A stretch of DNA of 64,000 nucleotides from Methylotenera sp. (GTDB taxonomy: Bacteria > Pseudomonadota > Gammaproteobacteria > Burkholderiales > Methylophilaceae). A program made the translations under genes and the position numbers. The notes under the pieces were generated by a model that did no database searches, was not told the DNA's origin, and worked only from the letters and a program-made list of their open reading frames with translations. Each line of letters begins with the position of its first letter. Position 1 is the first letter of the stretch. The stretch covers positions 7,142-71,141 of the forward strand of contig JBKJIJ010000021.1 of the NCBI GenBank assembly GCA_046598525.1, in the 5' to 3' direction. Shown piece after piece: positions 1-12,209 of this stretch.

Positions 1-253
1 GCGGCAAAGAAATAATAAAGGCCGCCATCATCGCCACTTTCATTGGCACAAAAAAGGGCGTGGTGACTGCCGTAGCAATCATTTGGCCGCCTTCTGGCAA
101 CTTAGCCAACATAGGCGCTGCAAGTAAGGCGTAAATTTTATTGGCAAACGGAAATAGGCCGATAAACACCAACACAAAACCAAGCACGATTTTTAACAGG
201 CGATTACGCAGCTCAATTAAGTGGGTAATAAAATGTTCGGTTGGAGTGCCCAT
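1..253 (-). CDS. tatC: Twin-arginine translocase subunit TatC (5' part; runs off the window start)
   Basis: ATG at 253-251 overlaps the tatB stop; my translation MGTPTEHFITHLIELRNRLLKIVLGF...LPEGGQMIATAVTTPFFVPMK matches the TatC N-terminus. Confidence 0.93.
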   Translation of the reverse strand, partial: MGTPTEHFITHLIELRNRLLKIVLGFVLVFIGLFPFANKIYALLAAPMLAKLPEGGQMIATAVTTPFFVPMKVAMMAAFIISLP

Positions 254-684
254 TAGCTCTCAACTTTATTGGCTGAGGTTTTAACGGATGCGATTTTTTT
301 GGATGCCGCTACACTAGGTTTTGCAACACGCGGCTTGCGTGCAGGCTTACTTTCTGGAATTTTTTCTGGTTTATCTGCGGCTATAGATTCAGATTTTGCT
401 GCAGGCTCATTTTGAACGATGATGGCACTTTCAATTTCTGCTGCCTGTTGCTGAATATTGGATTGCGCCAACTCTACGGATTGTTTGATTTCTTGCTGTA
501 ATTTCTGCAACTCTTCAAATCGAAATTCGCGATTGACTTCCTCTTTTACCTGTCCCACATAACGTTGCATGCGGCCTGTTAGCGCGCCAATAGTACGCGC
601 TACTTTTGGCAATTTTTCTGGGCCTATCACCAGCAAAGCAATAACGGCGATAACCATTAATTCAGAAAATGAAACGTCAAACAC
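253..684 (-). CDS. tatB: Tat translocase subunit TatB
   Basis: MFDVSFSELMVIAVIALLVIGPEKLP motif; between tatA and tatC. Confidence 0.95.
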   Translation of the reverse strand: MFDVSFSELMVIAVIALLVIGPEKLPKVARTIGALTGRMQRYVGQVKEEVNREFRFEELQKLQQEIKQSVELAQSNIQQQAAEIESAIIVQNEPAAKSESIAADKPEKIPESKPARKPRVAKPSVAASKKIASVKTSANKVES

Positions 685-719
685 GTTTATAACCCGTCAC
701 TAATCTTTTTTTAATTCGC

Positions 720-932
720 TTATTGTTTCGTCTTATTAGTAACTTCACCTTCAATGGTGGTGCCTACATCTTCTTTTTTGGTATCGGTAATTTGCTCATC
801 TTTAACAGCCTTTTTAAATTCATTTACCGCGCCGCCCATATCGCTGCCCATATTGCGTAATTTTTTGGTGCCAAAAATCAACACTACAATTAGCAACACA
901 ATTAACCAATGCCATAAACTAAATGAACCCAT
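720..932 (-). CDS. tatA: Tat translocase subunit TatA
   Basis: [33 protein letters not shown]; AGGAG Shine-Dalgarno spacing favours the second ATG (932). Confidence 0.95.
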   Translation of the reverse strand: MGSFSLWHWLIVLLIVVLIFGTKKLRNMGSDMGGAVNEFKKAVKDEQITDTKKEDVGTTIEGEVTNKTKQ

Positions 933-959
933 CATAATCTCCTAAATTTTCGGTATTTC

Positions 960-1277
960 TTAGCCACCAAATACGTGCACATGAATATGAAAAACCTCTT
1001 GCCCACCTTCGCGGCCAGTATTAATCAATGTTTTAAAACCAACCAAGCCTTGGCTTTCAGCCAATTTTGGCGCCAGCAACAAGGCTTTACCCAACATTGC
1101 TTGATGCGTTTCAGTGCAATCTTTAAGCGTTTCAATATGCATTTTTGGCACAATTAAAAAGTGCACTTTTGCCATCGGCTTAATGTCATAAAAGGCAATA
1201 AAATCGTCATCTTCATGAATTTTTTTGGCTGGTATATCGCCATTAATAATCTTACAAAATATGCAATCTAAGCTCAT
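960..1277 (-). CDS. hinT: HIT-family nucleotide-binding protein
   Basis: DCIFCKI N-terminus and HIHVHVFGG histidine triad. Confidence 0.9.
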   Translation of the reverse strand: MSLDCIFCKIINGDIPAKKIHEDDDFIAFYDIKPMAKVHFLIVPKMHIETLKDCTETHQAMLGKALLLAPKLAESQGLVGFKTLINTGREGGQEVFHIHVHVFGG

Positions 1278-1612
1278 TATTTTGGGCGACTTTCTTTCTC
1301 TAGCCTATTTTCTTTTTCTTCTAGGCCAGACAAGCCTTCACGGCGCGCCAATTCATCCAGCACGTCTTGTGGCTTTAAATCGGCTTTGGCCAGCATAATC
1401 AGCGTGTGAAACCATAAATCGGCGGTTTCATAAATTATCTCTTGTTTATCGCCGCCTTTGGCTGCAATCACTGTTTCAGTGGCTTCTTCGCCAATTTTTT
1501 TCAGTATACTATCCATGCCTTTGGCATACAGCTTAGCCACATAGGACGAAGCTGGATCAGCGCTTTTGCGCTGCTCTAATAATTCACTAAGCCTATTTAA
1601 AACATCATTCAT
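1277..1612 (-). CDS. hisE: Phosphoribosyl-ATP pyrophosphatase
   Basis: [24 protein letters not shown] motifs. Confidence 0.95.
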   Translation of the reverse strand: MNDVLNRLSELLEQRKSADPASSYVAKLYAKGMDSILKKIGEEATETVIAAKGGDKQEIIYETADLWFHTLIMLAKADLKPQDVLDELARREGLSGLEEKENRLEKESRPK

Positions 1613-2003
1613 GCTTGCCTGTTTCTTTGTATATTTCGTCTGGATTCTTAATCACGGCTTGGTCAATAAGCCATTGATTATTGTCTAATTTTTTAAAAAA
1701 GCAATTATGCCTGCCAGTATGACAAGCAATACCGCCGATTTGCTCAACATTAATCAAAATCACATCTTCATCGCAATCTAGGCGAATATCATGCACTTTT
1801 TGAATATGGCCAGATTCTTCACCTTTACGCCATAATTTGTTGCGCGAACGTGACCAATATACCGCTTGTTTCGATTCTGATGTGAGCTCCAATGCTTCGC
1901 GATTCATCCAAGCAAACATTAACACTTTGCCTGTAGCATGTTCTTGCGCGATTACTGGCACCAAGCCATTTGCGTCCCAGTTTACTTCATCTAGCCAGTT
2001 CAC
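1605..2003 (-). CDS. hisI: Phosphoribosyl-AMP cyclohydrolase
   Basis: [27 protein letters not shown]. Confidence 0.95.
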   Translation of the reverse strand: MNWLDEVNWDANGLVPVIAQEHATGKVLMFAWMNREALELTSESKQAVYWSRSRNKLWRKGEESGHIQKVHDIRLDCDEDVILINVEQIGGIACHTGRHNCFFKKLDNNQWLIDQAVIKNPDEIYKETGKHE

Positions 2004-2767
2004 AGCCTAACCTCAATATTATGCTCACGCATATAAGCTTTTGCTTGTGCTACCGTGTATTCGCCATAGTGAAAAATACTGGCTGCTAACACCGCATCGG
2101 CACCACCAATAGTTACGCCATCCACCAAGTGCTGCAAATTACCCACGCCGCCAGAAGCAATCAATGGCACGTCCACGGCATCGCTAATCGCACGATTTAA
2201 TGGGTTATTAAAGCCAATTTTAGTGCCATCTCTATCCATACTTGTTACTAGCAATTCACCCGCGCCTAGGCTTACCATATGCTGCGCCCATTTAACGGCA
2301 TCTAAGCCTGTGGCTTTGCGGCCGCCATGCGTAAACACTTCCCATTCGAATGGTTGATTGTCTACTTTTTTAGCATCAATGGCTACCACAATACATTGCG
2401 AGCCAAAGCGGGCAGCGGCATCTTGTACCACTTGTGGATTTAATACGGCGGTGGTGTTGATGCTGACTTTATCGGCGCCAGCATTCAATAAGCGGCGCAC
2501 GTCTTCTACTTCGCGCACGCCACCACCAACGGTTAGCGGTATAAATACTTGGCTGGCGACTTGCTCAATAATATGCAAAATCAAGCCGCGATTATCAGAG
2601 CTAGCGGTAATGTCTAAAAAGGTCAGCTCATCCGCACCTTGGTCGTCATAGCGTTTAGCAATTTCAACAGGGTCGCCAGCGTCGCGCAGCTCTAAAAAAT
2701 TGATGCCTTTAACCACGCGGCCATCGGTTACATCCAAGCAAGGAATAATGCGCTTAGCTAATGCCAT
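2000..2767 (-). CDS. hisF: Imidazole glycerol phosphate synthase cyclase subunit
   Basis: [24 protein letters not shown]. Confidence 0.97.
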   Translation of the reverse strand: MALAKRIIPCLDVTDGRVVKGINFLELRDAGDPVEIAKRYDDQGADELTFLDITASSDNRGLILHIIEQVASQVFIPLTVGGGVREVEDVRRLLNAGADKVSINTTAVLNPQVVQDAAARFGSQCIVVAIDAKKVDNQPFEWEVFTHGGRKATGLDAVKWAQHMVSLGAGELLVTSMDRDGTKIGFNNPLNRAISDAVDVPLIASGGVGNLQHLVDGVTIGGADAVLAASIFHYGEYTVAQAKAYMREHNIEVRL

Positions 2768-2776
2768 AAGGGTTTT

Positions 2777-3517
2777 CTAAGCACTCAACTCGTCTGCTAA
2801 TTGTTGTGCAGCCGCAAAATTAATGGTGCCTTCATAAATGGCGCGGCCAGTAATAGCGCCAACAATACCCTCGCTTGCTACCGCGCACAATTTACGCACA
2901 TCATCTAAATTGGTCACGCCACCTGAGGCAATTACTGGAATCGTCAACGCCTGCGCCAACGCAACAGTCGCCTCAATATTTACACCGGTTAACATGCCAT
3001 CGCGGCCAATATCGGTGTAAACAATGGCATTTACGCCATAATCTTCAAATTTTTTCGCCAAATCAATCACATCGTGGCCTGTGAGTTTTGACCAGCCATC
3101 AATCGCTACTTTGCCATCTTTGGCATCTAAACCCACCATAATCTGGCCAGGGAAAGCATAACAAGCTTCATGTAAGAAACCGGGCGTTTTAACCGCGGCC
3201 GTGCCAATAATGACATAATCAATGCCGTCATCCAAATAACGCTCAATCGTTTCTAAATCGCGAATACCGCCGCCAAGCTGAATGGGGATTTCACCTTTAC
3301 AGGCCGCCACAATAGATTTGATGGCCGCTTCATTAACAGGCTTGCCTGCAAACGCACCGTTTAAATCCACCAAATGTAGTCGTTTGCCGCCTTGATCAAC
3401 CCAATGTCGCGCCATAGCGCCTGGGTCTTCTGAAAAAACGGTGGATTCTTCCATAAGGCCCTGTTTTAAACGCACACAGTGGCCATCTTTGAGATCAATT
3501 GCAGGAATAATAAGCAT
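2777..3517 (-). CDS. hisA: ProFAR isomerase
   Basis: [30 protein letters not shown]. Confidence 0.97.
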   Translation of the reverse strand: MLIIPAIDLKDGHCVRLKQGLMEESTVFSEDPGAMARHWVDQGGKRLHLVDLNGAFAGKPVNEAAIKSIVAACKGEIPIQLGGGIRDLETIERYLDDGIDYVIIGTAAVKTPGFLHEACYAFPGQIMVGLDAKDGKVAIDGWSKLTGHDVIDLAKKFEDYGVNAIVYTDIGRDGMLTGVNIEATVALAQALTIPVIASGGVTNLDDVRKLCAVASEGIVGAITGRAIYEGTINFAAAQQLADELSA

Positions 3518-3581
3518 GATTTTTATTGATTAAAATGACAAAAATAATGAAAGGTTTAGTTTAAAAAGGCTTTTAAACACG

Positions 3582-4235
3582 TTAAGGTTTCCAATATACA
3601 AAGTTACGCAGCAATTGCAAGCCAGCTTGTGCACTTTTTTCTACGTGAAATTGCGTAGCAAATATATTATCTTGCGCGACAACGCTGCAAAATCGATTAG
3701 GGTATTCCGTTTCACCCGCAATTAAAGTCGCGTCTTTTGGTGCGGCATAATAACTATGCACATGATAAAACCGTGTCGCATCCGCAATTTCTTGCCACAA
3801 ATCATGGGCTTTATTTTGCGCATTTTTAACTTGGTATACTTGATTCCAGCCCATGTGCGGGATTTTTAGTTTTTCGTTATTGACTATTTGATGCGCCGCA
3901 AACCGTTTTACGTCGCCTCTAAATAAGCCTAATCCTGCGGTATCGCCTTCTTCAGAATGATCAAACAGCAATTGCATACCAATGCAAATGCCTAAAAAAG
4001 GCTTGTTGGCGGCGGCGTTTAAAATGGCGCCGCGTAAGTTTCTACTATCTAATTCGCGCATGCAATCTGGCATGGCGCCTTGACCAGGGAAAATCACCCG
4101 CTCTGCCTGCTCAATTATTGCCGCATCGCTGGTAACCACCACCGATTTACCACCAGCCACATGCTCAACCGCTTTTGAAACGGAGCGCAAATTGCCCATG
4201 CCGTAATCGACGACTGCGATATCTATTTTAGCCAT
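3582..4235 (-). CDS. hisH: Imidazole glycerol phosphate synthase glutaminase subunit
   Basis: DYGMGNLRSV, GICIGMQ nucleophile elbow, TQFHVEKS. Confidence 0.96.
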   Translation of the reverse strand: MAKIDIAVVDYGMGNLRSVSKAVEHVAGGKSVVVTSDAAIIEQAERVIFPGQGAMPDCMRELDSRNLRGAILNAAANKPFLGICIGMQLLFDHSEEGDTAGLGLFRGDVKRFAAHQIVNNEKLKIPHMGWNQVYQVKNAQNKAHDLWQEIADATRFYHVHSYYAAPKDATLIAGETEYPNRFCSVVAQDNIFATQFHVEKSAQAGLQLLRNFVYWKP

Positions 4236-4254
4236 TTATTCAGTACCAGAGTGC

Positions 4255-4842
4255 TTATAAGCTGCCTTTGGTGGATGGCATAATGCCTGCCATGCGCGCG
4301 TCAAATGTCACTGCCATGCGCAGTGCGCGTCCAAACGCTTTAAAAATCGTTTCGCATTGATGATGCGAGTTATGGCCTTTTAGATTATCGATATGCAAGG
4401 TGACATTGGCGTGATTGACGAAACCTTGAAAGAATTCGTGCACTAAATCCACATCAAAATCACCAATGGCCGAGCGCGTGAATTCACAATCAAACTCTAA
4501 ACCTGGGCGGCCAGATAAATCGAGCACAACGCGGCTTAATGCTTCATCTAGCGGCACATAGGCGTGACCATAACGGTTAATGCCTTTTTTATCACCAACG
4601 GCTTTGGCAAAGGCTTGGCCTAACGTAATGCCAATATCTTCAACGGTGTGATGCGCATCAATATGCAAATCACCTTTGGCCTGCACATTTAAATCAAACA
4701 GGCCATGACGCGCAATTTGATCCAGCATATGATCTAAAAAACCAATGCCGGTGTTAAATTGTGCTGTGCCGTTACCATCTATATTAATAGAGACAGTAAT
4801 TTGAGTTTCTAAGGTGTTGCGTGTGACTTCTGCTTGGCGCAT
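4255..4842 (-). CDS. hisB: Imidazoleglycerol-phosphate dehydratase
   Basis: [31 protein letters not shown]. Confidence 0.97.
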   Translation of the reverse strand: MRQAEVTRNTLETQITVSINIDGNGTAQFNTGIGFLDHMLDQIARHGLFDLNVQAKGDLHIDAHHTVEDIGITLGQAFAKAVGDKKGINRYGHAYVPLDEALSRVVLDLSGRPGLEFDCEFTRSAIGDFDVDLVHEFFQGFVNHANVTLHIDNLKGHNSHHQCETIFKAFGRALRMAVTFDARMAGIMPSTKGSL

Positions 4843-4877
4843 AAATATCTAAATTAAATCAATCAAATTAATGGCGT

Positions 4878-4907
4878 ATTTTAACTCAATCTCGATGTAA
4901 GGCGCAA
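4878..4907 (-). promoter_or_regulatory. Possible sigma70 promoter restarting the his operon at hisB
   Basis: TTGCGC (4907-4902) - 18 nt - TAAAAT (4883-4878) on the minus strand, just downstream of the hxlA terminator. Confidence 0.35.
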
Positions 4908-4973
4908 AATTGCGCCAAAAATAAAGTGTATCCTTAAAATAAACGGCTTTAAATAATAATTAAGCGGCATAAA

Positions 4974-5004
4974 TAAAAAAAGCCGACTATTAAGTCGGCT
5001 TTTT
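4974..5004 (-). terminator. Intrinsic terminator after hxlA
   Basis: AAAAAGCCGAC-TTAATA-GTCGGC followed by a T7 run on the minus strand. Confidence 0.85.
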
Positions 5005-5025
5005 AATAACAGCAATCAAACTAAA

Positions 5026-6003
5026 TTAGTTTGCTGTACCTGTTGCATCTTTAGCAGCACCTACTAAACCATCAGCAGCTGGAGCGGCAGCAGCATCAGC
5101 TGGTGCAACTTCTGCGGCTGGAGCAGCGTCGGCAGCTGGAGCTGACTCAACTGGTGCAGCTTCCATTGGTGCTACTTCTGCTGGTGCAGCATCAGCTGGA
5201 GCAGATTCCATTGGTGTTTCAGCTGCTGGCATTGCTTCTTCTACTACTGGAGTTTCAGCTGACATTTCTTCAGCTGATTTGTTACCAGTTAATAAATATA
5301 AACCTAATAAAACAGCACCTGCGATTAGTGCCCATGGTAAGTATTTACCCATGCCACCAGCTGCAGCTGTATTACCACGTGCTAAACCAGTGATTTCAGC
5401 GGCTGAAGCAGCTGGATCGGCTGCGCCATAAATTGCAGCACCTGCTACAACAATATCAGCACCTGCATCAACTACTTGACGCACTGTTGCTGCTTTAACA
5501 CCGCCAGCTACAGAAACTTTAGCACCAGTATTTAAACCAACAATCATTGCTAAGTCGTTAAATGGTGTTTGGCCAGCGGCTTGTTGATCTAAACCAGTGT
5601 GCACGCCAATGATGTGCGCGCCTAATTTAGCCACTTCTAATGTACGTGCTTTTTTGTCAGCAACGTTGATCAAATCCACTTGTGCTTGTTTGCCGTATTT
5701 ATTAGCAACATCAATTACGCCTTTAATTGTACCGATATCAGCAGTACCCAAAACGGTACAAATATCAGCACCTGCTTTGTAGAATGGCTCAGCTTCGTAG
5801 AAGCCAGCATCCATGGTTTTTAAATCGACTAAGATTTTGTTGTTTGGGAATTTAGCACGTAATGTTTTTAATAATTCAATACCGTTGTGCTTAATGCAAG
5901 GTGTACCGATTTCTAAAATATCTACGTGTGGTGCTACTTTAGTTGCTAATGCAACTGTTGCGTCAAAATCCAGTGAATCTAATGCCATTTGGGTTTGTGC
6001 CAT
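5026..6003 (-). CDS. hxlA: 3-hexulose-6-phosphate synthase with C-terminal transmembrane helix and Ala/Pro/Glu-rich tail
   Basis: QMALDSLD, EIGTPCIKHNG, DLKTMDAGFYEA, HTGLDQQAAG HPS motifs in the first ~210 aa; strongly biased codon usage. Confidence 0.93.
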   Translation of the reverse strand: MAQTQMALDSLDFDATVALATKVAPHVDILEIGTPCIKHNGIELLKTLRAKFPNNKILVDLKTMDAGFYEAEPFYKAGADICTVLGTADIGTIKGVIDVANKYGKQAQVDLINVADKKARTLEVAKLGAHIIGVHTGLDQQAAGQTPFNDLAMIVGLNTGAKVSVAGGVKAATVRQVVDAGADIVVAGAAIYGAADPAASAAEITGLARGNTAAAGGMGKYLPWALIAGAVLLGLYLLTGNKSAEEMSAETPVVEEAMPAAETPMESAPADAAPAEVAPMEAAPVESAPAADAAPAAEVAPADAAAAPAADGLVGAAKDATGTAN

Positions 6004-6243
6004 GGTGCTTATTCCTCCGAGCTCGCTAATAATTTAATTAATGTGATCGATTAAAATTATTTGATTAAAAAGTTAATATTTTGTAGTTATTTGGTCTTAA
6101 TTCAAAGTAATTTTACAAAATACTGTTTGCACATTTTGTACATTTCGACATCATAACCGCAATTGATTGATTATTTCAACAATTTGGGCACAAAATGATT
6201 ATAAAACAAGCGCTTTAGTGTAGTTTAGTGCTATTTAGATGGC

Positions 6244-7311
6244 TTATTCTGATTTTAGAATCACATTTAACGCTTGAACCAGACTATCTGACTGCGTATC
6301 GGTGCCAATTGTGATGCGAATATAGGGTGAAATACGCGCTGGCTTTTTAAAGTGGCGCACAATAATACTGTGTTCGCGCAATTTAGCCGCCAAAGCCGCG
6401 CCATCCATTTTTTTGTGCTTGGCAAAGATGAAATTGGCGCCTGACGGCAATACTTCAAAATTTAAAGACTGCAAATCATTAGTCAACGCATCTCTGGTTG
6501 AAATCACTTTAGCGCAAGTTTGTTCAAAATAATCATTGTCTTGCATGGCTGCAACCGCGCCCGCTTCAGCAAATCGATCAATCGGGTACGAATTAAAACT
6601 ATCTTTAACGCGGATTAACGCTTCGATTAAATCTTTATTACCTAGCGCATAACCCACGCGTAAACCCGCTAAAGAGCGCGCTTTTGAAAGCGTATGCGTG
6701 ACTAGCAAATTAGGATAGGTATTAATCAATTTAACCGCGGATTCTGTACCAAAATCCACATAAGCTTCATCAACCACCACCACCGAATGCGTATTTCGGC
6801 TTAATAACTGCTCAATTTGCGCTAGCGCTAGTGGAATACCCGTTGGGGCGTTAGGATTTGGGAAAATAATACCGCCATTAGGGCGCGCATAATCGTGAAT
6901 ATCAATCTCAAATTGTTTATTCAACGCAATGGTTTCATATTCAATACCATATAAACCGCAATACACCGGATAAAAACTATAGGTAATATCAGGAAATAAA
7001 AGCGGTTTATCATGCTTTAATAAAGCTTGAAACACATGCGCCAGCACTTCATCTGAGCCATTGCCGACAAAAACTTGATTCGAATCTAAGCCGAAATTTT
7101 GTGCGATTGCCGCTTTTAACTTATCAGAATTCGGGTCTGGATACAGACGCAAACTATCGGCCGCCTCTAACTTTAGCGCTTCAATGACCTTTGGGCTTGG
7201 CCCATAAGGGTTTTCATTGGTGTTAAGCTTAACCAAGTTACTTAACTTAGGCTGCTCACCCGGCACGTAGGGTGTAAGCCTATGTACAACATCACTCCAA
7301 TATTTACTCAT
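6244..7311 (-). CDS. hisC: Histidinol-phosphate aminotransferase
   Basis: [31 protein letters not shown] (PLP lysine). Confidence 0.96.
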   Translation of the reverse strand: MSKYWSDVVHRLTPYVPGEQPKLSNLVKLNTNENPYGPSPKVIEALKLEAADSLRLYPDPNSDKLKAAIAQNFGLDSNQVFVGNGSDEVLAHVFQALLKHDKPLLFPDITYSFYPVYCGLYGIEYETIALNKQFEIDIHDYARPNGGIIFPNPNAPTGIPLALAQIEQLLSRNTHSVVVVDEAYVDFGTESAVKLINTYPNLLVTHTLSKARSLAGLRVGYALGNKDLIEALIRVKDSFNSYPIDRFAEAGAVAAMQDNDYFEQTCAKVISTRDALTNDLQSLNFEVLPSGANFIFAKHKKMDGAALAAKLREHSIIVRHFKKPARISPYIRITIGTDTQSDSLVQALNVILKSE

Positions 7312-7431
7312 AAAACCTACTACGCGACAAAATTGCGGCGTTGCGCGGTGCTCGCTTCCTCGCCGTACTATTTGTACTGGCTCGTCTCTGCGCTCCGTGC
7401 GCCTTGCACTTTTGCCGCTCGCTACGGTTTT
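7312..7431. repeat. ~120-nt imperfect palindromic dispersed repeat with GTAC-N5-GTAC core
   Basis: AAAACC...GGTTTT ends, internal complementary blocks, central GTACTATTTGTAC; related copy at 9470-9522. Confidence 0.7.
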
Positions 7432-7443
7432 GAAATTGGTTCA

Positions 7444-8739
7444 TCATTTCAAACGATATTCGGCTGATTTAGCATGCGCGGTTAAACCTTCGCCATGCGC
7501 TAAAACGGAGGCGATTTTGCCTAATTTTTGCGCGCCTTCGGCTGATACCATAATCAAGCTAGAGCGTTTTTGAAAATCGTACACGCCTAAAGGAGAGCTA
7601 AAACGTGCTGTGCGCGAAGTTGGTAGCACATGGTTTGGGCCTGCGCAGTAGTCCCCTAGCGCTTCACAGGTATCACGACCCATAAAAATAGCGCCTGCAT
7701 GTTTGATTTTCTTGCTCATTTCCAGCGGATTTTCGACGGATAATTCCAAATGCTCTGGCGCAATATAATTGCTAATCTCAATCGCTTCGTCTATATCTTT
7801 GGTCAAAATTAACGCGCCCCTATCAGTAATTGACGTGTTAATAATGTCTTTACGCGGCATGGCTTCAACTAGCTTTTGCATACTGGCTGCAACGGCATCT
7901 AAAAATGCGGCATCTGGGCTTAGTAAAATAGATTGCGCCAATTCGTCATGCTCGGCTTGGCTAAATAAATCCATCGCAATCCAATCAGGATTGGTTTTAC
8001 CATCGCAAATCACTAAAATCTCTGACGGCCCTGCCACCATATCAATGCCTACCACACCAAATACGCGGCGTTTGGCGGCAGCCACATAAGCATTACCTGG
8101 GCCAGTAATTTTATCCACTTGCGGCACTGTTTCTGTGCCATAAGCCAGCGCACCAACGGCTTGCGCGCCGCCAATACAAAATACGCGGTCTACGCCAGAA
8201 ATTGCCGCTGCGGCTAACACCAACGCGTTTTTTTCGCCATTTGGCGTTGGCACCACCATGATTAACTCAGCAACACCGGCCACTTTGGCAGGAATGGCGT
8301 TCATTAATACGCTTGAAGGATAAGCCGCTTTGCCGCCTGGCACATACAAACCAACGCGGTCTAATGCGGTAACTTGCTGGCCAAGTAATGTGCCGTCGGC
8401 CTCCCTGTAACTCCATGATTGCATCACTTGTTTTTCGTGGTAGCTACGTACTCTGTCAGCCGCCGCCTGTAAAGCTTGGCGCTGATCTGTTGGCAAGCTA
8501 TTTAATGCGGCTTGCAAATCGGCTTGGCTAATTTCAAGCTCACTCAAATGACTGGCGCTGGTTTTATCAAAACGATTGGTATATTCCAACACCGCGGCAT
8601 CGCCACGATTTTTTACGTCTTTTAAAATATTGGCAACCACCACATCAATAGAATCGTCTTGCGCGGTTTCAAAAGCCAATAAAGCCTTTAAATCGGCATC
8701 AAATGTGCTGTCTTTGGTAGATAAACGTCTAATCTTCAT
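7444..8739 (-). CDS. hisD: Histidinol dehydrogenase
   Basis: [37 protein letters not shown]. Confidence 0.97.
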   Translation of the reverse strand: MKIRRLSTKDSTFDADLKALLAFETAQDDSIDVVVANILKDVKNRGDAAVLEYTNRFDKTSASHLSELEISQADLQAALNSLPTDQRQALQAAADRVRSYHEKQVMQSWSYREADGTLLGQQVTALDRVGLYVPGGKAAYPSSVLMNAIPAKVAGVAELIMVVPTPNGEKNALVLAAAAISGVDRVFCIGGAQAVGALAYGTETVPQVDKITGPGNAYVAAAKRRVFGVVGIDMVAGPSEILVICDGKTNPDWIAMDLFSQAEHDELAQSILLSPDAAFLDAVAASMQKLVEAMPRKDIINTSITDRGALILTKDIDEAIEISNYIAPEHLELSVENPLEMSKKIKHAGAIFMGRDTCEALGDYCAGPNHVLPTSRTARFSSPLGVYDFQKRSSLIMVSAEGAQKLGKIASVLAHGEGLTAHAKSAEYRLK

Positions 8740-8771
8740 TGCTTGTTACTTTCAAAATCTTTTAATATTGG

Positions 8772-9410
8772 CTATTGCTTAATCGCACTGGCAAAACTAT
8801 CAATAATTGGCTGTAATTGTGCGCGATTGAGTTTTAACGATGCCTGATTAACCACCAAGCGCGAGCTGATATCGCCTACAAACTCTACTGCTTTGAGGTT
8901 GTTAGCGCGTAAAGTTCCGCCTGTGCTCACCAAATCCACAATCACATCGGCCAAACCCACTAATGGGCCTAACTCCATTGAGCCATAAAGCTTGATTAAA
9001 TCCACATGCATGCCTTTTGCGGCAAAGTGCTCACGCGCGGTTTTAACGTATTTTGTCACCACTTTTAGGCGCGCACCTTGGCGAATACTGGCTTCGTAAT
9101 CAAAATCATTGCGTACCGCCACCATCATTTTGCATTTGGCAATTTGCAAATCCAGCGGCTGATACAAGCCCTCACCGCCATGTTCATCCAGCACGTCTTT
9201 GCCCGCAATACCTAAATCGGCCGCGCCGTATTGCACATAGGTCGGCACATCGGTTGCGCGCACAATAATTAAGCGCACGTCATCCCTATTGGTGCCAATA
9301 ATCAATTTGCGTGAAGATTCAGGGTCTTCTAATGCATGAATGCCCGCCGCCGCCAATAATGGTGCGGTTTCTTCAAAAATTCGGCCTTTTGATAATGCGA
9401 TTGTAATCAA
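8772..9410 (-). CDS. hisG: ATP phosphoribosyltransferase, short form (HisZ-dependent)
   Basis: [29 protein letters not shown]; 212 aa without the regulatory domain; TTG start. Confidence 0.96.
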   Translation of the reverse strand: MITIALSKGRIFEETAPLLAAAGIHALEDPESSRKLIIGTNRDDVRLIIVRATDVPTYVQYGAADLGIAGKDVLDEHGGEGLYQPLDLQIAKCKMMVAVRNDFDYEASIRQGARLKVVTKYVKTAREHFAAKGMHVDLIKLYGSMELGPLVGLADVIVDLVSTGGTLRANNLKAVEFVGDISSRLVVNQASLKLNRAQLQPIIDSFASAIKQ

Positions 9411-9469
9411 TTTCTAAATCCTCTTTTAAAAACAGAATTTTGGGTTAAACCATATCGCCCGCAACAATT

Positions 9470-9522
9470 GAGCTAGTACATTAAGTACAGCGAAATTGTG
9501 AGCACTGCGCAAAGCAGCGATT
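9470..9522. repeat. Degenerate partial copy of the 7312-7431 repeat, opposite orientation
   Basis: 39/53 identical by manual alignment to the reverse complement of 7331-7383, ungapped. Confidence 0.7.
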
Positions 9523-9538
9523 CGCCCAAAAAATGTTT

Positions 9539-11118
<1,580 letters not shown>

Positions 11119-11140
11119 TTACTTCTCCATGCTTAAAATA

Positions 11141-11389
11141 TTAACTATTTGAGGCCACGGCCCATGCCGTTGGCGTGTAGGTTTTCATTGATAATGCGTG
11201 TATTTCGGCGCGCATGCGGTCGCCCAATGCGGCATACACTAATTGATGCTGCTGTATCATGCGCTTGCCTTCAAAAGCAGGGCTAACAATCACCGCTTCA
11301 AAGTGTGTGCCATCGTCGCCCAACACTTTAATGTAAGAGCAATCTAAATTTTGCGTAATATAACTTTCTAACTGTGCAGCGCTTAACAA
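11141..11389 (-). CDS. ibaG: BolA/IbaG family protein
   Basis: [25 protein letters not shown]; next to grxD and murA. Confidence 0.85.
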   Translation of the reverse strand: MLSAAQLESYITQNLDCSYIKVLGDDGTHFEAVIVSPAFEGKRMIQQHQLVYAALGDRMRAEIHALSMKTYTPTAWAVASNS

Positions 11390-11420
11390 ACTTATTCACC
11401 CTTTAATAAACTATTTAAAT

Positions 11421-12209
11421 TTAAGCTCTTAACTTATAGCCGGATTTTAACATTTTTAATGCAAGCCATGCTAACCCCAATAAAAAGGCCAGCACCACCA
11501 CAAAACTTAACCATGGTGAAATATCGCTTTGGCCAAAAAATCCATATCTAAAGCCATCAATCATATAAAAGAACGGATTGAATTTTGAAACCGCCTGCCA
11601 AAATGGCGGCAAAGAATGGATTGAGTAAAACACGCCCGATAAAAACGTCAGCGGCATAATCACAAAGTTTTGAAATGCGGCCATCTGATCAAATTTATCT
11701 GACCAAATACCGGCAATAATGCCAAAAGTGCCTAGAAGTGCGCTGCCCAATAAGGCAAATATAAATATCCATAATGGGTGCACAATAGACAAATCGACAA
11801 ACCAAATCGCTACCAAATAAATGCTTAACCCAACCAAAAAGCCGCGAATAATGGCGGCGGCTAAAAACGCAATAAAAAACTGCGCGTAGCTGATTGGCGT
11901 TAACAATACAAACACAATACTGCCCATAATTTTAGATTGCACCAAGCTGGATGAGCTATTGGCAAATGCGTTTTGCAATAGCGACATCATAATCAGGCCG
12001 GGGATTAAAAACGCTTTGTATGGTACACCTTCATACACTTGCACATGGTTTTCTAGCACATGCGAAAAGATTAATAAATACAGCAATGATGTAAGCACAG
12101 GCGATGCAACGGTTTGAAACGCCACGCGCCAAAAACGAAAGAGTTCTTTTTTAAATAGCGTGTAAGTACCGCGCCATTGCGGTGAAATTAAGTCGTCAAT
12201 TATATTCAT
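11421..12209 (-). CDS. yadH: ABC-2 type permease (YadH-like)
   Basis: Six hydrophobic segments, PLTFLSGVFYS, NPFFYMIDGFR. Confidence 0.85.
   Translation of the reverse strand: MNIIDDLISPQWRGTYTLFKKELFRFWRVAFQTVASPVLTSLLYLLIFSHVLENHVQVYEGVPYKAFLIPGLIMMSLLQNAFANSSSSLVQSKIMGSIVFVLLTPISYAQFFIAFLAAAIIRGFLVGLSIYLVAIWFVDLSIVHPLWIFIFALLGSALLGTFGIIAGIWSDKFDQMAAFQNFVIMPLTFLSGVFYSIHSLPPFWQAVSKFNPFFYMIDGFRYGFFGQSDISPWLSFVVVLAFLLGLAWLALKMLKSGYKLRA

Noticed and set aside
5103-5393. Q/L-rich 96-aa plus-strand ORF
   Set aside because: Antisense shadow of the GCT/GCA-rich hxlA tail; no independent start signals
9411-9538. Possible hisL-type His attenuator upstream of hisG
   Set aside because: No His-codon leader or terminator seen; the region holds a decayed dispersed repeat instead
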